In this document: in pieces, positions 1 to 50,500 of the stretch
How positions within the stretch are numbered: the first letter of the stretch is position 1
Layout of the letters: each line of letters opens with the position of its first letter
Source: Euglena gracilis
Lineage: Eukaryota
Direction: 5' to 3'
Assembly: GCA_039621445.1 (NCBI GenBank)
Contig: CP154954.1
Location: 18,338,642 to 18,402,641 of the forward strand
DNA length: 64,000 nucleotides
Position numbers and translations under genes: made by a program
The notes under the pieces: generated by a model
What the model was told of the DNA's origin: nothing
Database searches by the model: none
The model's input: the letters and a program-made list of their open reading frames with translations, nothing else

Positions 1-1428
1 ACCGGAAAAGATGGGTAAGAACGGGGGGGTGGTGCTTATTTTGCCAAAATATGGGTAAGAACAGGGGGGGGGGAATGCAACTTGGCTCTTCAAATTATGC
101 AAGTCAAAAAAAATGCAAAAAATGCAAAAAAAAATTGCAACTTGCATGAAAACCTTGAGAAAAAGCTGGAATATGAAAGAGCTTTGCTGCCTAAAATCAA
201 AAAAAATTTCCAGGGCAAAATATTTTATGCAAAAAACGCAAAAAAAATGAAAAAAATCCAAACATATGCCAACCAACTACAAAATTTTTTTCCAGGGCAA
301 AATATTTTATGCAAAAAAAATGCAAAAAAATGCAAAAAAAATGCAAATTTCGGGAAAACCTGATTATGCAAAAAAAATGCAAATTATGCAAGTTGCATCC
401 CCCCCCCCCTTGGTAAGAACCAGGGGGGTGGTGCTTAGACAAGGGGGAAAAATTTGACTGCAAAAAAAATCCGGCGCTTCGCGCCAAAAAGGAAAAATTT
501 CCCTAATTTTGGAGGTCCACTGTTCACTGTTGAACTTACACACATTTGGATGCAGAAATCAACAATACCTCACCAAATCAGGCCTCAGATGTTGCAGAAA
601 TTTCGAAATTTTTCAGAAATTTCCCTTAAAATGCGATGACCTTTAAAAAGATGGGTAAGAACCGGGGGGGGGGTTGCTGAGACAAGGGTGGTATGTTTGG
701 GGGGTATCCCGGGTGCGGGCCTCAAAATAACGACTCCCTTGTGTTTCAGATACACTTTGGGGGGCTAATGCCTCTTGTTTCTCAACTCTTCGATCAACGA
801 TCAACGACCACATCCGATGATTATTTTTCAGGAAAGTACAATCGCTGAAAATAAAAGGTCTGTGGAGCGTGGCTGAATGTGGGGGCCCATGGCACCCAAG
901 CAAAAAAACCCAAAACCTTGGGTCTTTCTGCTTGATAACACGTTTTTGTCGATGCACAGAAATGATGATTTGTTGCACGTGAAAACCCAGAAAAAGGACC
1001 TTATTCATTCATGCCCAGTTACAATTTGGTTTCCTAATTGCCACTTCCTTCTTGTGAGTGAGGAGGGCCGGTGGCAGAAAAGAGACGAGCAGCAAGAAAG
1101 AAAGGTAAATACTCGGATGAGCTTCACAGCGGAAGCAGGGGAAGGGGTGTGTGCCAATGACGCGGTGTGTGAACAAAACGGTGTTATGAGTGGGTAGTAC
1201 AAGGAAGCTCCAAAAACATACAGACACAGCGTGGGAGAGGAAAAACACGAACAGGCGGCAAACATGGGGCGCCGAACCGTTGGACAAACATACCTCCAGA
1301 AGCACAATCTGATTTCAAAAGACTATTTCCAGGAATTTCCAGCATGATGCAATTGTGAAGAAGGAAAACACAACACCAAAATTAATTGCCCTCAAAATAA
1401 ACTCAACATGATTTATCATTTCAACTTA

Positions 1429-1856
1429 CCCCCCCCCCTATGTCCAATGACCGGTAACCTCTGTCCTCTGACCGGGGGGGGGGTGGTCGTTGGACATAGG
1501 GTAGTGACCAAAAAGGTGTCCTCTGACCGGGGGGGGGGGGTGGTCGTTGGACATGGGGTCAAAAGAAAGTTGGTGGGTACCCGGGTCCCTACCCACCCAA
1601 AAATGCCCAAATTTTCCCTTCTGGCGCTTTGCGCCGAAAATTTTGGGCAATTTTGACAATTTTTTGTCCAAAAAGTGTCAAAAATGGAAGTTTGGCCAAA
1701 TTTTTGGCCATTTTTTGGCCATTTTTTGGTCAAAATTTTTCGTCCCGGCGCTTCACGCTGGGACCAAAAATTTGGTAAAACCTCCGAAAAGGTGTCCTCT
1801 GACCGGGGGGGGGGTGGTCATTGGACATAGGGGGGTCGTTGGACATAGGGGGGGGG
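1429..1856. mobile_element. TA-flanked (Tc1/mariner-type) MITE
   Basis: CCCCCTATGTCCAA / TTGGACATAGGGGG ends; near-identical copy ~5462-5825, relative at ~39043-39610. Confidence 0.85.
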
Positions 1857-2467
1857 TAGTTCATTATTTGGGCATCCGAAACCAGCAGCCAGAGTTTACC
1901 ATTCTGCAGGGTATAATTGAACCAAAAAAGGGGCCAATAAGCTCTTCTACAGCTCTTAGACAGAAAACCAATATTAGCGGAAACGGAAATTTCAGCAAAT
2001 TCCATCGATGAATTGCTTTTTTATCTTGGGTTGGGTTGTTGTGTTTCCCTTTTCTTGATGGCTAAACCTTTTATCCCCGACACAAGAGAGAAACAGTGGC
2101 CAAATCGTACGGAAGCCCAAAGTCCAGATTGTTATATCTCAGCTACACCGCCCAGCAGAGAGGGTTTGACGCCTGCGCAGTGCCAGCCCGCCGTGCCTGC
2201 TGTGGGGTTAATCCCAGACAGAGGCAAACAGCCGAGGGCAAAAGGTGTGCAAAGGGGAAAAGGCACGGAACGATTATGACGGAGACTTGAGAAGGGGCAT
2301 TTTTGGAGGCAGTTCAGCCGGTGGGGCAGGCGAGTCAATTGCCGCATGGGGTTTGTGGGCAGCAGAATGGATCGAATCCCTCCCTCTCTGCCCGCCAACA
2401 CCACTCATTTCCCACAGGCTTTAGACCTCTGGCTTCTCCAGCACATTCATATACCCTGTGTGCCTCG

Positions 2468-2746
2468 CGGGCTTGTGCTTAGTCGGGGTGCTAGGGGCAG
2501 GCACCCCATAGCACCCGATCCGACCCCCCTTGGGGGGGGGTAGGGTTTTTTGGGGGTGCCTGCCCCTAGCAGGCACCCCCCTCCGACCCCGGTGCCTTCG
2601 GCGCCGGGGGCCCGGAAAAGCCCATTTTCAATGAAAATTTTCTGGGTCCCCCGGACCCCTATCCCCCCCTGGGGGGTGTGCCTGCTAGGGGCAGGCACCC
2701 TATAGCACCCCCCCCTTCCCCCATCCGGTCGGTAAGCACAAGCACG
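2468..2746. mobile_element. MITE of the 31012-31322 family
   Basis: TIR GCTTGTGCTTA/TAAGCACAAGC; TSD GTGCCTCG/GTGCCTTG. Confidence 0.85.
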
Positions 2747-3899
2747 GTGCCTTGTAACCTTTTGAGTACATTCATTGCTTACATTCTGAAGAGCAGAAAC
2801 TTTGGACGTCGTCGGTTGGTGTTAAGTTGCTGCTGGCTTGTTTGAATGGCTTTCTCTGAAAACTTGGAGAGACAAAAAAAGCAGGAGAAACATTACATAC
2901 AAAATAAGGCAAAGGAGTTTATTTCCAAATTTTTCAGGAGTAGAAAAATATCATCGATGCATATGGCAGGGATTTTTCTTAAGGTCTCCGGGGAGCTGGC
3001 AGGGTTGAAAATGGTGCTGGCTGGAAAACAAAAGCGTTGGCTGGACCCCCCACCCTCCAGGGAGCGGTCCAGGGGCTACCGGGCTAGACCTGGCTGCCAC
3101 CTGAAAACAGCCAAAGAAAAGCGCTGGGTTGGACTTGTTTTGGGCAAAATTTTGAAGTGAAACCCCCAAAAGTACCAAAAATGGCCAACTTTGGCCATTT
3201 TGACCACCCCTTCAAGAGCCGTCGGCGCTTAAGGACGAAATTTTCTCGGTCTAGCCGGCTTCGCCGGGCTGGAAGAACCTTGTTTCCGCTCAACACCCGG
3301 AGGGGAGAGTCCACACCCTGGCTGGGAGCCGCTGGCAATTTCGGGGAGGGTGTGCGCCTATTTTCACTGATTTCCGGCATCGGGTTAGGGTTGGGACTGG
3401 CGTGCCAAAAATAGGTATATATGTGAGAAAATTTATGTGTCTCTGTCAATTTCTATGTATGTGTGTACATGTATGTATTTTTGCAATCTCCTGCAACGTT
3501 CAAAGAAACAAAACACTCACATATCAACAACATACATACACAGGTTTGTGGGAATGCATTGGGATACATATGCCAATACGCACAATGACACGTACAAAAC
3601 GATGTGAGTATAAAATGCGTATGCAAATGGACAATTGTGGCTCGGAGGCACGCAAACACACACACAGACACATCACATATCATGCAGACAAAGAAATACA
3701 ATACAAATGCACACATGCAAATGCAAAAGAATTTGGCATCAAACTAATGACCCCCCCACTGTCGGGTTGGCCAGTACCGAGGACCCTGACTTCCCATCAG
3801 GACAGGTTGGCCGGTACTGGGTCCCTGACAGCTTCCAGGGATGGACCCAAGGGGGGGGGGGGGTTGGTTCCAAAAGAAAACAAACCCGAAGGATGGCAG

Positions 3900-41374
<37,475 letters not shown>

Positions 41375-41387
41375 GTCGTCACCGGAG

Positions 41388-41400
41388 CTGGGAGCAGAAC
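41388..41400 (-). promoter_or_regulatory. Candidate 3' splice / spliced-leader trans-splice acceptor
   Basis: Pyrimidine-rich GTTCTGCTCCCAG ending 13 nt upstream of the proposed ATG. Confidence 0.4.
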
Positions 41401-44400
41401 ACTCTGTGGGGGTGGAACAGAGGGGGGGGGGGTGTCGGTGCCCGGCGTCCACGTGCTGCTGCAGAACACCTCAAAAGACGAGCAAGGCTGAAACTTTATG
41501 AAACACGATGCACTGGAGCTTGGACACGTCTCCAGGAGATTATTTCATAGAGTGGAAGTCTCGCCTTTTCTGAAAAAGCTTTTTGTTTTTCAACATTCTT
41601 TCCATGCGAAATGGCGAATGCCTTGAAAAATCATTTGAATTTCAATTTACACAAAAAATTACAAAATGGACACTTTCCGGGCTTTGAAAATGCAAATTCT
41701 GTCACTTGTACACCTCTGCCCAATATCCAATATCCAAACCTGTGCAGTCAACAACCGACAACCGTTATCGGGAGATATGGCGTAAAATGGAGCGCCAACA
41801 TAACCCCACAGAACAGTACCCCATACCCCCCCACACATCCCCCCGCTGTCACTCCCCACACTCCCCCACCCCCCCCCGTCCCCGCACACATACCACCTAC
41901 ATCCCGCCCCCTGTCACCCCACACCCCCTACTGTCACCCCACACACTTCATCCAATCAGACCATTGCTCAAGGACCCCAGGGGGGGGAGGGGTCCACTGG
42001 CTGGCCATTTAGCTGGACACTGGAAAAATATGGACCCAACTGGAACTCAAAATAAAACAATCAACCCAACCAGAGAAAAGAATTCCTCCGGTGCTGCACG
42101 CTGAGGTGTAAATGAGGTTTTTAATGCAGTTTTTGGCTGGTTTTGTTCAAAAAAAATCCAAAAATGGACAAAAAAGGGGCAATTTTAGCCACTTTTTTCT
42201 TTTTTGGGGAGTCCCCCCAAAATTTTTTCGGAGCTTTGCGCCGCTCACTGGAAAAAAAATTTCATTAGGTAGCCCTGCCAGCGGACCCACCCCCACAGGG
42301 GGGGGGTCCGCTAGAACTCACACTAGCCAAATTTGGACTAGCTGGGCGGTCTGGGGCGCCCCCCCCCCCTGGACGAGGTCGAAGGCCGAGTAAATCAAAA
42401 AATGCCGCCACAAAAAGTTGCCCACAAAAGTGATTTGCATGTGCCAAAAAATTGACATTGGATGCAGGCCTTTGTTTGAGGGTTCGCAGTAAGCCCCAGC
42501 GCGTCGTTAGACATAGGTGAGTCATTGGACATAGTGGCCAGGGGGGGTCCACGGGCCGGCTGGAAAAACGTGCCGACTGGACCACACCCCTCAAGGGGGT
42601 GGGGGTCCGGGGGGGGGGGGTTTCTGGCCGGCTGGCAGCAGGACCCGGCAGGTACCCAAAAAATGCCCCCAAAAGCCCCAATTCAGCTGGGTTCGCAATT
42701 TTCATCCCGAATTTGGGGTGAAGACACAAAAACCACCCAAAAATGTCATTTTTTTGGTTTTTTTTTTCGCCCTTTTGCACCGAAACATTTTTGGTCTAAC
42801 ACGGCTTTGCTGGCCTGGGGGGGGGGGCTTCGCAGCCGGGCTGGGAAATACTGGTTTGGAAAAAGGTGCTGGCTGGCTGGACTCCCCCGAGGGGGTTGGG
42901 TCCGGCTTAAGAAAACCCCTGATTCAGATAAACAAGAATTTTTCTTACAATCTCAAAAAAGTGGAAGCGAAAATTTTGACATTTTTTCAAACAAGCCATT
43001 TGAAATGGCGTTGCATTGGATGGATGATGTTTGCGGGAGAAGGACATTTCTTTAGATCCCAGGGTGTCCAGCCAACTAGCTGTAAAAAAAGTGCTGTCTT
43101 GCCACCCCCCCCCCCCAAGGGGGTTCAGGGGGGGTCCGGCCGGATGCAGGGCCGTTGGTTGTTTCCCAAAAAACTGGCAAAAAAAACGGGAATATAGCTG
43201 GGTTGGAATCTCTCAGTCACATTTTTGAAGTGAAATGACAAATATGCCACTTTTTGACCCACAAATATGGCATATTTTGATCATCTTTCACCCTTTTTTG
43301 CAGTGTCCCAAACATGGGAAAAATGTTTTCTCCGGGACAATGGCTTTTCCAGGGCTGGATATGGCACTGGCTTTTAACTAAAATTTTGTGGTACTGCTCA
43401 CCAACAAATTGTCAGATTTGCGAAAGCCGTTGTGAGATGGGAATGCAAACTGCAACAACACGAAGCACTGACGATTTGTAGTTAAAACGATCCGGATGAG
43501 GTTTACAGCAAGGTCAGGATCCCCTCTGGTGGTGGTGTGAGTGGTTTGGAATGAGGGCCAAACGGAGGACAGAACTCCAGAAAGCAAAACGAAACGAATT
43601 GGAAAGTGATACCGCATACAGATGGCAAAAAGCTAGCCCCAAGGACCTGTGGCAATTGTTCAGGGGCTTACTCTTCTCACTGACCCATCAAATCAAATCA
43701 TTTGAAAAGAAAAGAATTCTTTCTTTTCTTCAAAAACAGATTGTCTCGGTTTTTGAATACCCTCACAACATTAACCTTGCAATATCACCATTGTCACAAC
43801 CAAAAAATAAATAACCAAATAAATAATATGGGTGGAGGCGAAGATTTGCCACACATGAGTGCGAGCGTCGCCTGCCGTGGAGCAGGGCTTATGGGGAAGA
43901 ACAAGACGTAAACCACCGGCCGTGGACACAATGCACGGAAAGGAAAGACATGGAAAGATTTGACTCAGAACTTAGGAGAGGCGGAGTATGGGTGACTTCT
44001 GGGTGACTTGGTTTGTGGGGCAGGCCCGGGATTGGCAACCATCGAATTTGATGGTGTTCCACCTGCAAGCAAGCAAGCAACAGCATGTACTGCCTCATGC
44101 AAATGACAAACAAAATTCTCGATCTGACTCCCAGGACGGACTCTTCACACCTACCGCCCCCCTGTCTCCAGACAGATCAACGCGGAAGAGGTTGGACACC
44201 TGTCAGCGGGTACAGAGCGTGGAGGACAATCTCATGGGCAGGTCCGGGGCAGAGGAACAAAGTTGACTCGAACTCAGTGACAAAAAATCCGAAAAAGAAA
44301 AAATTCCCCCAATTTGGAACCAGACACCTGCAACTGGTTTCTGAAGTGGTCCTTTTTGGAAAAAAAATCATCAGAATTTTGGGAAGAGACAGGTTAGAGG

Positions 44401-44948
44401 GTACAGGGAGACAGGTCCCTTGGAGGACCGTCGGCAAAACGCCGAAAAGCTGGTTTGATAGTTAAATATGAGAAAAATGGCAAAAAAAAGCCGAAAAGCC
44501 AAAATGAAACACATGCGGGTGGGAACAATAGCTGGGACAGAGGGTTGGGGACAGTTTCCAGGAGGACAAGTTTTCAGGGGGGTTGCAACCCTACAGTGAG
44601 CCAGGGCTCAGCCCAAGGCACAGAAGCTTGCCCTAAAGGCCTTAGAAACGAGGACTACCTTCTCGGGGAATGGGTTGGCGTGCCTGCCCCTTCCGATTTA
44701 TATCCAAACATACCGCAGAAAAAAAGGTTTATTTTCAGAGGGTCAGGGCAGGGACAGAAAGGAAACGTTTCTGATTCGCCGTGAAAAAATCAAGAGGTCC
44801 TCGACTGCTTGTGAACTAGGTCCGCAAATCATAGCTCTTTAAATGGGGTGGCTGGTTGCGCTTTGTAAGCTCCTCGCAACAAAAATCAACATCTGAAGAG
44901 GGTTGATGCCAGATGGCTGGAAAACGTTGCGAAATCCCAGGCCAGCTG

Positions 44949-45506
44949 TCATACGCAAGTGACCTCGTACAGCATCTGGATGTTGATCCGCACTTTGGTG
45001 GTCAAAGATAGCTGAGTTTGTACATTGGTCACCCCAAAACAGATGTTGCACGGCAACAGGCAGCCTGCAACCGGTGGGAAAAGAAGGTGGGGGGAGGGTC
45101 GTGCCCCCACAACCTAAACAGTGGTGCAGTCCAGGTGGCTGGAGCGAAACAAATTCCCCACCCAACATCGGCAAAAATTTGCTATTCTGGGCACACTTTG
45201 GGTTAAAAAAGAATAGCCAGACACAAACAACGTTTCAACACATAGCGCAGGACACACATACACACACACACACACACACATACGCACACCCACCCACCCA
45301 CACCCACACCCACACCCACACCCACACCCACACCCACACCCACACCCACACACACGCACGCACACACACAGATATATGTACATATATATACATATATATA
45401 CATATATATATTTACATACATATATACATATATACATACATATACATATATATACATATATATATGTATATATGTATATATACATATATACATACATATA
45501 TACATA

Positions 45507-45537
<31 letters not shown>

Positions 45538-45919
45538 ATATATATACATATACATACATACATATATATCTATATATATGTATATATATATGTATGTATG
45601 TAAAAACATGCCTTAAAAATATGTGTGTTGATTTTGGTTAAACAGCTGAGAACGTCGAGAAATTATTGTTCGTTTTTCCCCCTAATTTCAATAACAATAT
45701 GGGGGGGGAAACCGCAGAAAACAAACTGCATGGAAATGCTCCAAAACCACCCCTGGGCCACCAATGGCATCTTATTGTGCGGCAGGGTGCTGTGGTGAAG
45801 CAGGCCAGCCTGGGTGGCAGCAGGATCTCGCGCTCGTTGGGGAAGGCGCTCACCCCCTCTAGGTGGATCAGCTTGTTGCAGAACGTCCGCGGGATGGTGA
45901 TGACGAAGAGGTGGACCCC
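44949..45919 (-). pseudogene. ART paralog B: last two exons only (45816-45919, 44949-45051)
   Basis: [68 protein letters not shown]; same intron position as gene A; no upstream exon found in the window. Confidence 0.75.
45253..45601. repeat. Compound (CA)n/(CACCCA)n/(TA,TACA)n microsatellite
   Basis: Directly visible; inside the paralog-B intron. Confidence 0.95.
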
Positions 45920-47588
45920 GAAGCCAGGGCTTTACGGGAAGGACAGGGAGCTCGAACCGAGGGTTCGACATAAGCCCCCCCCCCCCCCCGCTCCAGAAGG
46001 GGGAGGGCGGGAGGGTTGCGGTAGGAGGCCCACATAATTCACGTCTCCCCGGGACTCTGCCCCCCACGCCGGGGGGGGGGGGGGGGCAGCAGAACAAGGA
46101 GGGTTTGGTTGGGGGTTCCCCTCCACACCGTTCACTGGCTCAGACGCACCAGACAGGTGCAATGGTTCGGTAGGACAGATTCCTTGCGGCTCCCAACAGA
46201 GTCCTCAACGGGTCAACGGACCCCCCCCCTCGACCAGCGCCCTCTGGCCAAAGAATGGTATATCAGCAATGCTTTTGGGACAGGGCCTAGCACAGTAATA
46301 CAAGGAGGAATACCACAGTTTCATCACCTTCGTTTTCCAGCTCTAAACACGCTGACACAGGAGGCTCTTGGTTGTCTTTAAAATGATCGGTGTGCGAATG
46401 CGCACATCGTCCATATGTGCATTTGTGCACACTGACATCGCTTTAATTGTTGTTTTGGTGTCACAGAGTCTTAATCATCAGTGGGGCATTGACGGACAAC
46501 TTACAAATTCTACAAAACATCTCACGTTTAAGGATTTCAAATTGCAGTAGTGCTGAGCCCTCTAAATGGGACGCGGGACCACCAATTTTTCACAAAGTTG
46601 AAGGTTCAGGGTTTCGTTCCAGGCTTCGTCTCGCCTGCCCCAAATCTACCCATCAACATTCCATGTTGAGGAGGCAGGTGTTATGTTCCTGTATTCTGTG
46701 GTGACACCTGCTCTCAGGCACCCTGGCTTTCAAAGTCCCCGTTTCCATCTCCGCATCCTGGGGCACCACATCACATCCTCATTACATTATTGTGGTTTAA
46801 GGAGTCAGGAATTGTCGTTTTCACAGAAAATGTCGATGTGACTCCCATCATTCATCAATGGTCCGGGGGGGTACCCCATTCAAATAGTGGCATGGCTAAA
46901 ATGACAGGGTGTCTCTTGTGGCCTGGGGCGAAGCGTGGGCCGCTATTTTTCTCACCTCCACAAACTGGCCTAAAATGCATTTACAGGCACTCTGAGGCAA
47001 AGCTGACCGGAAAGAAAGTTGACTGAAAAGAAGTCAGCCAGGGATAATGGTGCGGCATTTGGTTTGCTTAGGTACTTGGACATTCCTTGGGGGGAAGGGG
47101 TACACGCTTCTTCAGTATCCCCAGCAAAACAAACCTCTTGATGAGGAGGTTAGTTGGGCCTTTAACTTAGGCGGCCGACTTCGCACTGAAAGATTTTTCC
47201 TTTGTCAATGCGCTCCACACCACACCGTTGTTTGAGTGTGTCCTACCCCCCCCCCCGGTAACTGGCTGGTTTTTTCGGAGTGACTGGCTGGTGTTTGGCC
47301 CCAACCCCCCCAGGGGGGGGGCAGGCCAGGAGTGGCCGAAAGTGGTCGCCCAGCACCGGAATTTTGCGTGGATTTTCAGACAAAAAATCCACTGATTTTA
47401 GGCCAGAGATACCAACCTCCCGGGGGGGGGGGGGGGGTGGATGACTGGTATGTGAAAAGTGATTGACTGGTTTTCTGAAAGTCCCCCCCTCCCCGGGGGT
47501 CGGCTAAGCAATGGCATGGTCCGGACCACCCCCTGGCCTCACATCACCCCCTGGGGGTGGCGTACCCTCATGGCATCTGCACCCGCAG

Positions 47589-50500
47589 ATCTCGGAGAGC
47601 ACGCTGCCGGGGGTGTCGAAGGCGATGTTTTACAACGAGGGCAAGACGCTGGTACACGAGATGGGCCACTTCCTCGGCCTGCTCCACACCTTCCCCCTGG
47701 CCCCCAGCTGCACCGGCCAGGCGCTCCGATTTGCCGTTGCTGCGCGCCGCATGGAGTTGGTGGTCTTGTGCGAGGCATAAGGCGGCAAAAGTGTCCCCCG
47801 GATGTTTTTTTTGTAACCCTGGCGGGGTGCCAGGTTGACTGGATCCACCGCCTTGCCTGCCAGGGTATTCGGGCATTGCCAGGGGAAAGAGTCCCATGGA
47901 GGTTAGTTGTGGCGGTGCTTACATGCGGCTGCATTTATCTTTGCCTTCTGTCGTGGGCCATTTTTCAGAGGGGGGGGGGACTGTAATTATTTTGGCATAG
48001 ATAACTCTATATAAGGACCTGATTTTTCCTCGGACCAAAGTTTTTGTCAAGTTTTATCATTTTTGCAGTTTTTGGCCAACAAATTCCATGTTTGGGGGTG
48101 CCTGGGGCAGGCACCCTATAGCACCCCATCCAACCCCCCCCCCCCCGGAGAGGGGGTAGGGTTTTTGGGGGGTGCTAGCAGGCAAGCACCTATAGCTAAA
48201 TGGCCTAAAATGGCCTAAAATGGCCTAAAATGGCCTAAAATGGGAAAATTTTCGTTGCACAACTGTAGCCATTCAGGTACTGACTTTTGGTGTCTTTTGT
48301 CAATGTGGACGGCGAACATTGGATTTGGTAGAGGAGCACAGCCCCGCAAGGCCCTTTTTTTTTATCCCAACTAATAATAGTATCAGTCCCCAAATCCACG
48401 GTCCCCAACCTTCTTTTGGTAGCTGAATTTTGAAGGTTTGGACAGCAGTATTTTTCTTACTCCCATCCTTTTTTTGGTGTGCAACGATGTCTGCTTCGCA
48501 GATAATGAAACAGTGCAAATTTGGAATGAAGTTTTAGTATTAAGTTTCTCCTAGGGGGAAACCAAACACGGAGAAGAGGAATTGTTTACAGCTTTGCCCT
48601 TTGATCTCTGCAATCGCCAAAAAAGGCCCAAATGGCAAAAAAAAAAACAATACCAAAATCAAATTGGATCTCACCAGGCAACAGCATCAAATTTGGCGTT
48701 GGACCGAAAATCCCCAAATGACGTCCAAGGTTGGGGGTGTCTTATGGCGTGGTTGGGATCTTATGTTTGGGGGGAGGTCAAGGCTTGGGAGTCAATCTTC
48801 AGGTACCAACTTCGTATGCATAACCCCCCCCCAGAGTTTGGCTCCCCTCCTCCTTCCATTCACACTTGGTTCCTTAATTTGTGTATATTCACGATTCCTT
48901 AATATGTATATAAGCCACGTGCAGACAATGAAGATGAATTATTCCCCCAGAAAAGTCAGGAACTTCTTTTTGCGAAATCCCGCAAAATGATATAGATTTC
49001 ACAAAATACAAAAAAACTGGGTGCTTTTTTGGTCGCACAAATAAAAACTTTTAATATTTGTCCACGTTTTTTTCCTGAAAATTTTTCATTGCCACAAATT
49101 CTTATTGTTCAGAATTCCTCTATGGGGCATGAATTAAGATTTGTTGAGCTTCCCATTGTTTTGATCCAGTGTTCATGAATTTTGCATGCTTTTTTGGATG
49201 TACATTTCTCATTACTGAGTAAGAGAAGGTTCGCACACGTTATTATGCAGTTTTCGCAAAATTATGATTTTCAGAACCCCCACCTATACCTTAAAATGGC
49301 CTAAAAGGGCCTTAAATGGCCTAAAATGGCCTAAAAAAAAAATGGCCTAAAATGGGAAATTTTTGGGCTTGACTATAGGTGCTTGCTAGCAGGCACCCCC
49401 CCCCTCCGACCCCAGCGCCAAAGGCGCCGGGGGCCCAGAAAAGGCCATTTTCAATGAAAATTTTCATTGGGGGGTGTGCCTGCTAGTGGCAGGCACCCTA
49501 TAGCACCCACCCCCCCCTTCCCCTCCCGGTCGGTAAGCACAAGCCAGCTCCAAATATCATATTTTGGATTTTTAGGAAAAATCTTTTTTGAATGACACCT
49601 AAACTCTTACCACTGTTGTTACAAAAAAACAAAGAAAATCTAGGTATGAAATATATATGAAATTTATCGCAGTCCACTTCAGCAGAAATGTGCCGGAATG
49701 TCCGAAATTAATTCCAGAATCGATTGGGATAAACCAAATAAACTGGAATAGAACCCTAAATAAAGTTTCGGGCCGGCCGGAATATGTCCCCCCCCCCCAG
49801 GGGCCACCAGATGGATGGCCACCGGGTGGGTGGGTGGTTGGGTGGAATGTGCCAGGGCCTTTTTTGAAAAACGGAGAAATGCGAAGGCGAAGCCCCCACA
49901 GGCGTTCCCCCTTGCACTGTTTGGGGGATGCCCCACCCCCACTTCCGAAGGACCACAACCGCCTGCGGCGGACCCTGCCGACATGGTGGACGACACCCCG
50001 GCCATGAGCACCCCGGCTAAGGTGCCCCCCGGCGTCTTCTTATTCCTGTCAGGACGTGACGTAGTGCCTTGGCCCGGCCGGCCAAAGCCCCAAACTCTTC
50101 CCACCTCCATCAACAAGTTTGGATTCCCATCCAGCCGGGTCTTATTTTGGGGTATTTTCCCGGAAACCTCCAGTGGGTATCTATTTTTTGGCAGAATTTC
50201 TACGGCCTCCCCGGCCCTTCAGGCCATCGGGGGGGGGGGGGGCTGAATGTTTGGGGGGTCTTATTTTTACTCAATCACTGAATCCTGTTGGATGCAGAAA
50301 CCCCGCTTTCTTTCAACGCTGTTGTTCGTCTTTCCAGGTTTTCAGGGACTTCACCTCGGAATTCCAGCCGATAAAATCCAACCCACCGGGATTTGGTCTT
50401 TTGCCATTTTTCAGGATCAACTGGATCTATCCTGGTAGCAGACCCCCCCCCCTCCTTCTGGACCCCTAAGCCACCTGGCTGCGGATCTTCAAGAATCCCC

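Noticed and set aside
1-3890. Short ORFs in the left flank
   Set aside because: Lie in repeats or low-complexity sequence with no recognisable motifs; no tRNA or rRNA recognised anywhere in the window.
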